NCBI GenBank assembly: GCA_964631055.1
Contig: CAZVZJ010000005.1
Location: 12,472 to 76,471 of the forward strand
Length of the DNA: 64,000 nt
DNA from: an uncultured Marinicella sp.
GTDB taxonomy: Bacteria; Pseudomonadota; Gammaproteobacteria; Xanthomonadales; Marinicellaceae
Direction of reading: 5' to 3'
In this document: positions 41,064 through 52,888 of the stretch, one piece after another
Numbering within the stretch: position 1 is the stretch's first letter
Layout: each line of letters begins with the position of its first letter
The notes under the pieces: generated by a model
Seen by the model: only the letters and a program-made list of their open reading frames with translations
Told to the model about the DNA's origin: nothing
Database searches by the model: none
Translations under genes and position numbers: made by a program

Positions 41064-41300
41064 TTAAGTTTTAATAACCCTGAACCTCCATAAGTCACCA
41101 TCATCAACAAGTATTTGTAGTTGATAACCAAACTTTTCACACCAAATCTCAAAATCCAATTCAGCATGAATGTCGGTGACTGTAATTTCTATAACATCAC
41201 CTGCTGATACTTGGTTAACAGTCTTTTTCAGTAACATCAAAGGCATTGGACAATTCAGCCCAGTGGCATCAACGTGAGTGATGGTGTGCTTGGTTTTCAT
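41064..41300 (-). CDS. TusA-family sulfurtransferase-like protein
   Basis: It has the CPxP active-site motif (GLNCPMPLMLLKK) and is ~78 aa from the internal Met MKTKHT. Confidence 0.8.
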   Translation of the reverse strand: MKTKHTITHVDATGLNCPMPLMLLKKTVNQVSAGDVIEITVTDIHAELDFEIWCEKFGYQLQILVDDGDLWRFRVIKT

Positions 41301-41367
41301 GGCAAAGATTGTATGGGCAAATTTAAAGGATGCAAGTATCGAGTGATTTTTTCTATAACCCAAAAGA

Positions 41368-41397
41368 CAAAAGACCGCTTCAGGAGCGGTCTTTTTA
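41368..41397. terminator. GC-rich hairpin with T-runs on both strands
   Basis: AAGACCGCT-TCAGG-AGCGGTCTT is followed by TTT on plus and TTGTCTTTTG on minus. It lies between the groEL terminator and the tusA-like start. Confidence 0.5.
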
Positions 41398-41511
41398 GGT
41401 CAAGAGATCAAGAAAGGGGGAAAAGGGTGTGTGAGCTTGATCTCTAACTTGTACACCAGTTTACGCAGTTGATACAAAATTATTGTGATGATGCTCACAA
41501 AAACCTAAGTT

Positions 41512-41543
41512 AAAAAAAAGGCCTTGAAATCATTTTCAAGGCC
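41512..41543 (-). terminator. rho-independent terminator of groESL
   Basis: On the minus strand, GGCCTTGAAA-ATGA-TTTCAAGGCC is followed by T8, 33 nt after the groEL stop. Confidence 0.85.
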
Positions 41544-41575
41544 TAATCAGTTGGGTAACTGTTTGGGAAGATGGT

Positions 41576-43517
<1,942 letters not shown>

Positions 43518-43606
43518 CTTTCGAACTCCCTAAATACGTTTAAAAAAATTGACTTTTAAGTGAAGAAGCCCATGTTGTTGAATCAACAGTGCTTCGGTTG
43601 ATGCAG

Positions 43607-43637
43607 AATATTGGGTTGTTGATTTTTAATTCAAGGG
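43607..43637 (-). promoter_or_regulatory. sigma32 (heat-shock) type promoter of groESL
   Basis: The minus strand reads CCCTTGAA-14 nt-CCCAATATT, against the consensus CCCTTGAA-N13-15-CCCCATNT. It lies ~90 nt upstream of the groES ATG. Confidence 0.7.
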
Positions 43638-43813
43638 ATAAAACAAGAAAATCTTTGTGTCTAAAATCCTTTCAGGGTAAATGTTAAGTCTATTAGATCA
43701 GAACAGCTCTTTATAGTAACTCCAAACAACTGATTACAAAATGTTTTGCAACCGCTGGGTTTAAGCTATTTCGAATCAGAGCTGTTAATCCTAAGCATAA
43801 AACGAAACCAGTC

Positions 43814-45400
43814 TCATAATGATTCAAAGCCATTTTTAAAAACCACATCAGAACCAAAGATCACATAGGAGCTACCAGCAATAGATACACCACCGGGGTT
43901 GGCAGCAAAGGCCCCCACAATGACATCATCGATGCCATCACCATTTACATCTCCAGCTGTACTGACCGAACTGCCAGATCGGTCACCTGTACTTACACCA
44001 TTAATCACCAAACCATTTAAACCATCCAAACCAGATAAACTCAACACACCAGGAAAACCTCTTTCACGGCCAAAAACCACATAGGTGCGGCCGACATCCG
44101 TTCCAACAATAGATTCTGCACGATAGGCCCCCATAATGATATCATCAATACCATCACCATTCACATCTCCTGCTGCCCCCACTGAAAACCCAAATTGATG
44201 GCCTGTACTCTCACCGTTGATCACAAAGCCATTCTGGCCATTTAAATCAGACAAATTCAATGGATTAGACAAACCACCGTCATTGCCAAAAACCACATAA
44301 GCCCTACCAGTTCCTGCCCCACCATTCCTGGCGCCCACCATGACATCATCGATGCCATCACCGTTGATATCACCTGCTCCAGTCACTGATATTCCAGATT
44401 GGTCGTCTGTATTCTCACCATTGATCACAAAGCCATTCTGGCCATTTAAATCAGACAAATTCAATGGATTAGACAAACCACCGTCATTGCCAAAAACCAC
44501 ATAAGCCCTACCAGTTCCTGCCCCACCATTCCTGGCGCCCACCATGACATCATCGATGCCATCACCGTTGATATCACCTGCTCCAGTCACTGATATTCCA
44601 GATTGGTCGTCTGTATTCTCACCATTGATCACAAAGCCATTCTGGCCATTTAAATCAGACAGACCCAATAGGTTAGAGAACGCACTTTCATTGCCAAACA
44701 CCACATAGGAACTACCAGCATTTGATAGACCATTAGGTTCTGCCAACAAAGCACCCACAACAACATCATCAATACCATCACCATTGACATCACCTGCTGC
44801 ACTGACCGAGCTGCCAGAACGATCACCTGCATTTACACCATTAATCACGAAGCCATTCTGGCCATTTAAATCAGTCAAATTCAATGGATTAGGAAAGCCA
44901 ATATCAGTGCCAAATACTACATATGAACTGCCAGCATCTAATTCATCATCTGGGCTTGAATGTCTGGCACCGATGATAATATCACCAATGCCATCTCCGT
45001 TGACATCTCCGGCGGCACTCACAGAGCGTCCAGATTCATCACCTGCATTCACCCCATTAATGACAAAACCATTGGAACCGTTTAAATCAGATAAACTCAA
45101 TACCTCAGAAAAATCTGTATCACTCCCAAAGACCACATAAGAACTGCCAGCATCATATTGGCCATTAATGTCGGCAGTAAATGCTCCCACAATCACATCA
45201 TCAATGCCATCCCCATTGACATCTCCAGCGGTACTCACTGACATTCCAGATCGATCACCTGGGCTAATGCCATTGATCACAAAACCATTTTGACCATTGA
45301 GGTCGCTAAGTTCGATAACAGCACCTACTTGCGCAACAGCTGAAGCTTGTGCCAGACCCAAAGCAAACGATACTGCCATCGTTATTTTGTTGTATTGCAT
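43814..45400 (-). CDS. secreted seven-blade FG-GAP (integrin-alpha-like) repeat protein
   Basis: It has the signal peptide MQYNKITMAVSFALGLAQASAVAQ. Seven units carry LNGxNGFxING...AGDVNGDGIDDxxxGA...SSYVVFG, and the C-terminal tail is VVFKNGFESL. Confidence 0.85.
   Translation of the reverse strand: MQYNKITMAVSFALGLAQASAVAQVGAVIELSDLNGQNGFVINGISPGDRSGMSVSTAGDVNGDGIDDVIVGAFTADINGQYDAGSSYVVFGSDTDFSEVLSLSDLNGSNGFVINGVNAGDESGRSVSAAGDVNGDGIGDIIIGARHSSPDDELDAGSSYVVFGTDIGFPNPLNLTDLNGQNGFVINGVNAGDRSGSSVSAAGDVNGDGIDDVVVGALLAEPNGLSNAGSSYVVFGNESAFSNLLGLSDLNGQNGFVINGENTDDQSGISVTGAGDINGDGIDDVMVGARNGGAGTGRAYVVFGNDGGLSNPLNLSDLNGQNGFVINGENTDDQSGISVTGAGDINGDGIDDVMVGARNGGAGTGRAYVVFGNDGGLSNPLNLSDLNGQNGFVINGESTGHQFGFSVGAAGDVNGDGIDDIIMGAYRAESIVGTDVGRTYVVFGRERGFPGVLSLSGLDGLNGLVINGVSTGDRSGSSVSTAGDVNGDGIDDVIVGAFAANPGGVSIAGSSYVIFGSDVVFKNGFESL
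44217..44660. repeat. perfect tandem duplication, 204-bp period (~2.2 copies) inside the FG-GAP gene
   Basis: By direct comparison, 44217-44456 is identical base-for-base to 44421-44660. It encodes the twice-repeated 68-aa blade ...NGENTDDQSGISVTGAGDINGDGIDDVMVGARNGGAGTGRAYVVFGNDGGLSNPLNLSDLNGQNGFVI. Confidence 0.9.
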
Positions 45401-45625
45401 TTTTTAAGTTTAAACCTCTTACTGATAATCACTATGACATGTCTATAAATGTTAACAGAACCGTTGATGCATTTGTAGCTGCTCACTTAATGTCAACTGT
45501 AAAAAGAAAGCCTCCCATCTTTTCAAACTGCGTTCAGGTCAGCCTCATATAGCCTACCCAAAAAATCAACGGGAAGCTTATATCAGCCAGAATCTATCAA
45601 CGGTTTCAGGCATTTTTTATCCATT

Positions 45626-47005
45626 TTAGCGGACTATTTTTTGTAACAAACCCAAAACAGTTCGCCCATGGCTTTGAAAAATATCTTCACCAGCAAAAAC
45701 AGGCGTATGCCATTGAGGTGTTATACCTTGTCCTTCCCAAGAAACACCAGATGTATCTAGATAAGTTTCATTAGAAAAACCCACTTCCCAACCATTGGGT
45801 AATGTCTTTTCCAATATATCGGAAAAAGCACCCCGAGTGTAATCTCCAACATGAGTTACTTGCGGTAAGGATCTCATGGCAAGAACAAAAGTTTCAGCTG
45901 CACTGACTGTGTGATCACTGCTTAATAAATACACCGGCTTATCATAAAAAACTCCATTGGGTTCAACCACAACGGACTGCGGTGATAACCCAGAGCCATG
46001 GGCGAATTTTGAATACACTGGCGTTTTAGATTGGGTGAAAAAGCCAGCCATTGCCAAGCCTATCTCATCATGGCCTCCGCTGTTTGTTGTGACATCAACT
46101 ATCAATGATTGGGTATTTTTAAGTACTTTCATGATTTTGTTCATTTCTGCTTTAAACACACTTAAGTCATCTTGAATGGTTGCTGATTCTGTAAAATTGA
46201 TCATTCGCAACAAGTTGATGTAACCGACCTCACCAATAACTCCCCAAATGATCCTGTCATTTGCAGCATATTGGTATTGCCCTTTGAGTATGGTTTGTTC
46301 AATATTATTCTTATGCGCTTCAAACCATGCACGCCTGAATGTGCTTCCACTTTGGATTTCATTTTGAGCTGAAAAAGCTTGATCCAATGCTGGGCGAAGA
46401 GTCTTCGATCTTCCTGTTGAATAACGTTTAATTTCACCATTAACCTCAGCGATGAAAGATGTATGAGCATCGTTAATTCCAGACAGTAAGCTGGTCATTA
46501 TTTCGTATGCATCGGTATCTGAAAGTTCATTTTTAAGTAATGGCAAAACTTGTTTAGAGCGTTTGTCCCAATCAACACCATAAAGGTCGAAGTATGCATA
46601 ATGTTCTTTCATGATTTCGATGAAATAACGAATACTTTCAGCGTGATTTTTCACGGGTACTTGTTTACAAGTATCAGGCAATTTTTCAATTCTCTTAAAG
46701 TAATAATCAGTGATTCCAGATTGGATTTTCGCTTGTATAGTCTGCTTATTAACCTGTTTAATATCTGTTAAAGTGGCAGAAAGTTCTTTGGAGCTAAAGC
46801 CTTTATCAAAACAGTGGCTGTTACTTATATCAAATAATTTCTTTTTCTTACCAGTAACCTGTAAGATATACCCATAACCTTCTGATGCCCAAACCCCATC
46901 AAGTGAAGATTGATTTTTAGTTGAGTTTGGCATAGAGTTACTTGGTCCAAATTGACACCCACCAGTAAGTATAATGACTGAAAGAACTGCAATTATTTTC
47001 AACAT
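45626..47005 (-). CDS. S41-family peptidase lipoprotein
   Basis: It has a lipobox (ILTGGC), a DVTTNSGGH motif and a catalytic-Ser region SDHTVSAAETF, typical of tail-specific/S41 peptidases. Confidence 0.8.
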   Translation of the reverse strand: MLKIIAVLSVIILTGGCQFGPSNSMPNSTKNQSSLDGVWASEGYGYILQVTGKKKKLFDISNSHCFDKGFSSKELSATLTDIKQVNKQTIQAKIQSGITDYYFKRIEKLPDTCKQVPVKNHAESIRYFIEIMKEHYAYFDLYGVDWDKRSKQVLPLLKNELSDTDAYEIMTSLLSGINDAHTSFIAEVNGEIKRYSTGRSKTLRPALDQAFSAQNEIQSGSTFRRAWFEAHKNNIEQTILKGQYQYAANDRIIWGVIGEVGYINLLRMINFTESATIQDDLSVFKAEMNKIMKVLKNTQSLIVDVTTNSGGHDEIGLAMAGFFTQSKTPVYSKFAHGSGLSPQSVVVEPNGVFYDKPVYLLSSDHTVSAAETFVLAMRSLPQVTHVGDYTRGAFSDILEKTLPNGWEVGFSNETYLDTSGVSWEGQGITPQWHTPVFAGEDIFQSHGRTVLGLLQKIVR

Positions 47006-47099
47006 GACTTTTTCCTTTGATTTAAAAAGCCACCAGCTTAGTTTGGCTAGCTAAACAAGTCGTCCTAACCCTTTTGTTAAGACTTATTTATTGACAAAT

Positions 47100-48250
47100 A
47101 TGCCTACTATTGAATCTTTATTGCTTGCCATAACTTATTTTACTTTAGGTATTAATGCATTTGTTTTGGTGCATTGTTTAGTAGATGGTTTGGTCAAAAC
47201 CTCACTGCATAAAAAGTACTTGGCTTTGTTTTTTTTCGCCTCACTGGTTAATTACCTCGATGATGTGTTTTGGCGCACCGATGGATGGCAGTGGTTTCCA
47301 GCAATTACCAATGCATATATCCCTTTTGCTTTTATTATGCCAGCGGCTCTTTATCTATATATTTTGACTCTGGTTAAACATGAGAGAAAAGTGAATCTAT
47401 TCAGTATTCACTGGCTGGGTGTTGTTTTTGCATTGATTTGTTGTCTGCCTTATTACTTGCTTGACCCCACCACAAAATTAACCCGTTTATCAGCGACACC
47501 TGGCAGTCTTTCAGCCGAAGGTTTAGCCACATGGGGACCGTTATTCCTTTCGGTCTGATATACATCTTATTTAGTTTAAGATTACTCAAAGAAAATCAGA
47601 TAAGAGTAAAATCCTTTTTTTCCAACATCGAAGATAAAAACTTATCTTGGGTTCGATGGGTCATATTAATTTTGATGTTGGCTTGGTTGGTTGCATCTAT
47701 TGAATTGGTGTTACCCAATCGAATATCTGAGAACAGTTTTTGGTCAATTGTTATTGCATTGTTTGAGTTGGCTTGGCTTTGGGTTTTTGCTCATTTTTCA
47801 ATGCAACAAGATGCGTTAAAGGTTCCTTTGATTGATACAGTAACAGAGGGTTCTCAAAAACCAGTCACAAGTTCAGAAACAAAGAAATACCAGCGGTCAC
47901 CATTAACCAATAACGAAGTAAGTCACATCAAAGTTGCTTTATCAAATACCATAGACCAACAACTACACAGACAGCCAGAACTGTCGTTACAAACCTTGTC
48001 CGAACATTTAAATATTCCGATTCTTAAAATATCACAGGTGTTGAATGTACATATGGAAACTGGCTTCTACGATTACATCAACAAAAACCGCATTAATGAT
48101 GCTTGCAGACAACTTAAAAACTCCAACCTAAATATCATCGATATCGCTTATCTGGTTGGCTTCAACTCAAAATCCACTTTTAACAGTGCGTTCAAGAAGC
48201 ACGCTCTAATGACACCCAGCCAGTTTAAGAAAGCCAATCAAATACCGTAA
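47100..48250 (+). pseudogene. membrane-anchored AraC-family regulator, apparently frameshifted
   Basis: Two overlapping ORFs (47091-47558 in frame 0, 47531-48250 in frame 2) together give multi-TM N-terminal helices plus a C-terminal AraC HTH (...IIDIAYLVGFNSKSTFNSAFKK). Frame 2 is open from 47465, so the shift lies within 47465-47558. Confidence 0.6.
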
Positions 48251-48387
48251 AAAAACTGACCTCAACTTGAGACATTACCTCTTGGTGTCGATTTGGAGCG
48301 TTGAATTGTTTTAAGGGGGAAATGATGGCTCATAATGTAATACACGGGGACTGCGAGTTTGAACTGCATGTTTTTTTAATCTTTAAT

Positions 48388-48523
48388 GGGTACCCACAAG
48401 GGGCACACCCTACAGGGTTATACCATATTTTGTTATTTACATTCCGTTAAAAATATAAATCTGACATATGTGAGGATGAATGGTAAAAAGAAGTGTTGTA
48501 GGGCGTCCACCTTGTAGGTACCC
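48388..48523. repeat. pair of inverted 27-nt REP-like units
   Basis: GGGTACCCACAAGGGGCACACCCTACA (48388-48414) is matched by the reverse complement of 48497-48523, GGGTACCTACAAGGTGGACGCCCTACA. That is 22/27 identity across an 82-bp spacer, in a 311-bp intergenic region. Confidence 0.7.
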
Positions 48524-48561
48524 GTTTTGTATCTTATCAGTATTGAACCACCAGGTCTTCC

Positions 48562-49332
48562 TTAAGAACGCAGGCCAATGCCCTTATGTAAGATATACCA
48601 AGATATAAATCCAAGGATTAAAACAAAGGCAATGATGATGCCATACGCAATGCCGACATTAATATCCGAAACGCCCAAAAAGCCATAGCGGAAGGTGTTA
48701 ACCATATACAGAACTGGATTAATCAAAGACACTTTTTGCCAAAATTCTGGCAGCAGTGAAATCGAATAAAACACACCACCTAAATAGGTTAAAGGGGTTA
48801 GCACAAAAGTCGGGATGATGGCGATGTCATCAAATTTTTTCGCGAACGCTGCATTGATAAACCCACCTAAGGAAAACACGATGGAAGTCAATACCACCGT
48901 TGAAATAATAATCCAGACGTTATGGATTTTTATTTCGGTAAAGAACAAAGAAATGAGGGTCACGATAAAACCCACCATGAGCCCACGGAATAAACTGCCA
49001 CTGACATAGCCAGTCAAGATGGCCCAATTGGGCATGGGCGAAACCAATAACTCTTCCACGTGTTTGGCGAATTTAGCACCGAAAAATGAAGAAACCATAT
49101 TACCGTATGAAGAGGTAATCACAGCCATCATCACCAAACCAGGCACAATGAATGACATGTAATCAAAACCACCCATCTGCCCGATTCTGGAACCAATCAA
49201 ATTCCCAAAAATAACAAAATACAGCGTCATGGTGATCGCAGGTGGTAATAATGTCTGTGACCAAATGCGAATAATACGGGTCACTTCTTTACGCACCAGA
49301 GTCTTGATGCCAGTGAAAGTCACAGAACTCAT
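48562..49332 (-). CDS. yadH: ABC-2 type exporter permease (YadH-like)
   Basis: It is 256 aa with 6 TM helices and an ABC-2 pattern. Its start overlaps the stop of the ATPase gene. Confidence 0.85.
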   Translation of the reverse strand: MSSVTFTGIKTLVRKEVTRIIRIWSQTLLPPAITMTLYFVIFGNLIGSRIGQMGGFDYMSFIVPGLVMMAVITSSYGNMVSSFFGAKFAKHVEELLVSPMPNWAILTGYVSGSLFRGLMVGFIVTLISLFFTEIKIHNVWIIISTVVLTSIVFSLGGFINAAFAKKFDDIAIIPTFVLTPLTYLGGVFYSISLLPEFWQKVSLINPVLYMVNTFRYGFLGVSDINVGIAYGIIIAFVLILGFISWYILHKGIGLRS

Positions 49333-50300
49333 GCAGCACCTCCTTGAGTGTTTTGGACTGCTTGACGTGTGTTGTTTTCAATCATTTTCACAAATAATTC
49401 CTCCAAGCGGTTGGCCTTGTTGCGCATCGATGATACGCAGTAGCCAGCTTCATCGATTTGTTTGAATACACTGTTGAGGTTTTTCGATTTGGGCACATCC
49501 AATTCAATGCTGTTATCGTCAGTAATGCGTGCATCCAAAGCTTTTAATAAATCTTTATCAGGTGTTTTGTCTAGATCAAAAATAAACGTCTCAATATCCA
49601 AAGTTTTTAACAGGTCTTTGATGGTGGTGTTTTTAACAATTTCACCGTGATCAATGATGGCGATGTTTTTACACAACTGTTCTGCTTCTTCTAGATAATG
49701 CGTGGTGAGGATAATCGTGGTGCCATTTTTAGCAATTTCTTCTACAAATGACCACATCGAACGGCGGATTTCAATGTCTACACCGGCAGTTGGTTCATCC
49801 AAAATTAAAATACGCGGTTCATTCACCATCGCACGCGCAATCATCAAGCGGCGCTTCATGCCGCCAGATAAGCCACGTGAAATCGTGTCTTTCTTTTCCC
49901 AAAGTTGTAATTGCTTGAGGTACTTTTCAGTGCGTTCCAATGCCACTTTTCTGGGTACACCATAATAGCCCGCTTGGTTGGCCACAATATCAATCGGCTT
50001 TTCAAACATGTTGAAATTAAACTCTTGAGGGACCAAACCAATCATGGCTTTAACATCAGTGCGATTTTTCACCAAGTCTTTGCCAAAAGCCTTAACCTCA
50101 CCTGAGGTCATGTTAACCAATGATGAAATGATACCGATCAAAGTTGATTTACCGGCGCCATTAGGTCCCAGTAGTGCGAAAATCTCACCGGCTTCAACCT
50201 GCAGGTCTACACCCTTGAGTGCTTGGGTGCCGTCTTTATAGGTTTTGACCAGGTTTTTGATGTCTATGGCCAAATGATTATCGTCTGTTTTTACTTGCAT
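49329..50300 (-). CDS. yadG: ABC transporter ATP-binding protein (YadG-like)
   Basis: It has Walker A GPNGAGKST, the signature LSGGMKRR and Walker B ILILDEP. Confidence 0.9.
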   Translation of the reverse strand: MQVKTDDNHLAIDIKNLVKTYKDGTQALKGVDLQVEAGEIFALLGPNGAGKSTLIGIISSLVNMTSGEVKAFGKDLVKNRTDVKAMIGLVPQEFNFNMFEKPIDIVANQAGYYGVPRKVALERTEKYLKQLQLWEKKDTISRGLSGGMKRRLMIARAMVNEPRILILDEPTAGVDIEIRRSMWSFVEEIAKNGTTIILTTHYLEEAEQLCKNIAIIDHGEIVKNTTIKDLLKTLDIETFIFDLDKTPDKDLLKALDARITDDNSIELDVPKSKNLNSVFKQIDEAGYCVSSMRNKANRLEELFVKMIENNTRQAVQNTQGGAA

Positions 50301-50383
50301 AAATTGCTCTGTTGACTATCGCCCGGTTGACTTTTGACAGTTTGACCGTATATTGGCGTCATCTAAAATTTTATCTGTTCCCC

Positions 50384-50554
50384 ATGGAAACTGAATTCAA
50401 AAAATATATCTGTGTTGTTTGTGGCCTCATTTACGATGAAGCTGAAGGTTGGCCTGATGACGGTATCGAAGCCGGCACTCGCTGGGAAGACGTTCCAGAA
50501 ACCTGGATGTGCCCAGATTGTGGCGTCACCAAAGAAGATTTTGAAGAGCTGTGA
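50384..50554 (+). CDS. rubredoxin
   Basis: [12 protein letters not shown]...WMCPDCGV has two CxxCG knuckles. It is 56 aa from Met METEFKK. Confidence 0.9.
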   Translation: METEFKKYICVVCGLIYDEAEGWPDDGIEAGTRWEDVPETWMCPDCGVTKEDFEEL

Positions 50555-50582
50555 TCAAAAGCTCTTCACCTTCCTTAAATCC

Positions 50583-50957
50583 CTAATCCGCCGCTTTAAT
50601 ACACTTCATCAGTTGGTAGTTGCGCCAATGAGCCATCACCATCAACACCCCACCAACCACAAACATCGCCGACTCAATCAGGATGTCAACTTTGTCTTCC
50701 AGCAAAGTACCACCAATCAAAAACCCAAAACCCAAAACAAACAACCCAACCACACCTTTATCATGATGTCGGCGCCAGCCTCTTGAAAAGGACCACACCG
50801 CAATCACCGCAATGGCACTCAACCAAATCCAACCATGACCAAAATGCATCCAATTAGGCACCACCGCCGTCACACTCAATAAAATCGGCAACATGGCACA
50901 TTGAATGGCACAGAGGCCAGACATAAATATACCTATTTTATCTGCTGTTGATTTCAT
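50583..50957 (-). CDS. MerC-domain-like small membrane protein
   Basis: It has four TM helices and an N-terminal motif GLCAIQCAMLPILLS resembling the MerC CxxxC-containing first helix. Confidence 0.65.
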   Translation of the reverse strand: MKSTADKIGIFMSGLCAIQCAMLPILLSVTAVVPNWMHFGHGWIWLSAIAVIAVWSFSRGWRRHHDKGVVGLFVLGFGFLIGGTLLEDKVDILIESAMFVVGGVLMVMAHWRNYQLMKCIKAAD

Positions 50958-51191
50958 GGATGTGTGAAGCTTAATTGCTCAAAAATTTGATGATAACAGA
51001 TATGGGTTTTTTATGGGCAGACACAAGTCTTATTAAAGTTTCTTTTTTATTCGAAGCAAATTTATTCGAAGGCTTCATATCCTTTTTATGAGTTTTTCAG
51101 AAAAATTTCATATAAATTTCAGGTTTATTCAACAGGTTTTCAGTATGCTCTTGCAGGTAATTTTTAAATTTATTTTCATGGAGCATTGTTA

Positions 51192-52793
51192 ATGCACATA
51201 CAACGCAAAAAAATCGTCTTGGCTGTTTCTTTGGCCTTGAGTTTATCTCAACAGTCAGCTTTCGCACAATTTGAACCATCCTTTGAGCTCTCTGGTATCA
51301 ATGGCCAAAATGGCGTGACCATCAATGGTATCGGGGCCGGTGATAGTTCAGGCACTTCTGTAAGTACAGTTGGTGATGTCAATGGCGATGGTATCGATGA
51401 TTTAATCATTGGCGCTCTTACTGCAGATTCTGGAAGTAACATGTATTCTGGCAGCAGTTACGTGGTATTTGGTACAGTGAGCGGACTACCGAACCCATTC
51501 AACTTAGAAGACATCAATGGTTTGAATGGTTTTACCATAAACGGTGCTTCCTCCTCTGACTTATCAGGCCGCTCTGTTAGTAACGCTGGTGATGTCAACG
51601 GTGATGGTACTGATGATTTGATTATTGGTGCAAGCTCTGCCAGTCCCAACGGAAACTCTGGAGCCGGAGCCAGTTATTTGGTTTTTGGTAGTGACACGGG
51701 GCTTCCTAACCCATTGAACTTGGACAGTCTCAATGGAGTCAATGGCATCATTATTAATGGCATCGCAGCCAATGACAACTCAGGCACTTCTGTCAGTTCA
51801 GCCGGCGACATCAATGACGATGGGTTTGATGATGTGATCATCGGGGCGCCTTTCGCAGACCCAAGCAATAATTTGGTCGCTGGAAGTAGTTATGTGGTTT
51901 TCGGTGCCGCCAGTGGCATACCCAACCCTTTTAATCTTGATGAGATCAATGGGCTTAACGGGTTTACCATCAATGGAGCAGCAGCTGGTGACCAATCTGG
52001 TATTTCAGTCAGTGGGGCAGGAGACATCAACGGCGATGGTATTGATGATGTGATCATCGGCGCCAATCTCTCCAATTCCAGTGCCGGTAGCAGCTATGTG
52101 GTGTTTGGGACCACAAGTGGTTTCCCAAATCCTTTGAAATTGGAGGACATCAATGGCATCAATGGATTCAGTATTAATGGTGTGACTAACGGTGATCAAT
52201 CGGGTACTTCTGTCAGTGCGGCTGGCGATGTCAATGGCGATGGCACCGATGATTTAATAATTGGTGCTTATTTAGCAGATTCAAGTGGCGGTAATGACAT
52301 GGGCAGTTCCTATGTGGTATTCGGGACAGACAGTGGGCTGCCCAATCCATTTGACTTAGATGACATCAATGGCCTCAATGGCTTCATCATCAATGGTGAA
52401 TCAGCAGGCGACTACTCAGGCCTTTCTGTCCATTCAGCTGGAGATATGAACGGTGACGGTATCGATGATTTAATTATTGGCGCTCCACTGGCTGGCCTAA
52501 ATAATAATGATTACTCCGGTAGCAGTTATGTGATATTTGGTTCCACAAGTCAGTTTTCCAACCCTTTCAATTTAATTGGTTTGAATGGTTCCAATGGCTT
52601 TGCCATCAATGGAGTGGCTGAAAACGACCTATCAGGTGTTTCAGTCAGTGAAGCAGGCGACTTCAATTCAGACGGTATCGGTGATGTCATCATAGGTGCT
52701 CGGGCAGCAACTCCAGGCGGTAACGCTGGCGCTGGTAGCAGCTATGTGGTGTTTGGTAAAGAGAAGCCAATTTTTAAAGATGGGTTTGACTAA
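51192..52793 (+). CDS. secreted seven-blade FG-GAP repeat protein
   Basis: It has the signal peptide MHIQRKKIVLAVSLALSLSQQSAFA, seven FG-GAP units each ending in (S/A)SY(V/L)VFG, and the C-terminal tail PIFKDGFD. Confidence 0.85.
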   Translation: MHIQRKKIVLAVSLALSLSQQSAFAQFEPSFELSGINGQNGVTINGIGAGDSSGTSVSTVGDVNGDGIDDLIIGALTADSGSNMYSGSSYVVFGTVSGLPNPFNLEDINGLNGFTINGASSSDLSGRSVSNAGDVNGDGTDDLIIGASSASPNGNSGAGASYLVFGSDTGLPNPLNLDSLNGVNGIIINGIAANDNSGTSVSSAGDINDDGFDDVIIGAPFADPSNNLVAGSSYVVFGAASGIPNPFNLDEINGLNGFTINGAAAGDQSGISVSGAGDINGDGIDDVIIGANLSNSSAGSSYVVFGTTSGFPNPLKLEDINGINGFSINGVTNGDQSGTSVSAAGDVNGDGTDDLIIGAYLADSSGGNDMGSSYVVFGTDSGLPNPFDLDDINGLNGFIINGESAGDYSGLSVHSAGDMNGDGIDDLIIGAPLAGLNNNDYSGSSYVIFGSTSQFSNPFNLIGLNGSNGFAINGVAENDLSGVSVSEAGDFNSDGIGDVIIGARAATPGGNAGAGSSYVVFGKEKPIFKDGFD

Positions 52794-52801
52794 AGCGGGA
52801 G

Positions 52802-52888
52802 TTAACTGAGAAAAATCGGCAGCATGGCACATTGAATGGCACACAGGCCAGACATGAAGATACCTATTTTATCGGTGGTTGAATTCAT
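52802..52888 (-). pseudogene. truncated duplicate of the 5' end of the merC-like gene
   Basis: It encodes MNSTTDKIGIFMSGLCAIQCAMLPIFLS then a stop, against MKSTADKIGIFMSGLCAIQCAMLPILLS... in the full gene. The DNA at 52812-52961 aligns to 50881-51030 at a constant offset of 1931 bp. Confidence 0.8.
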
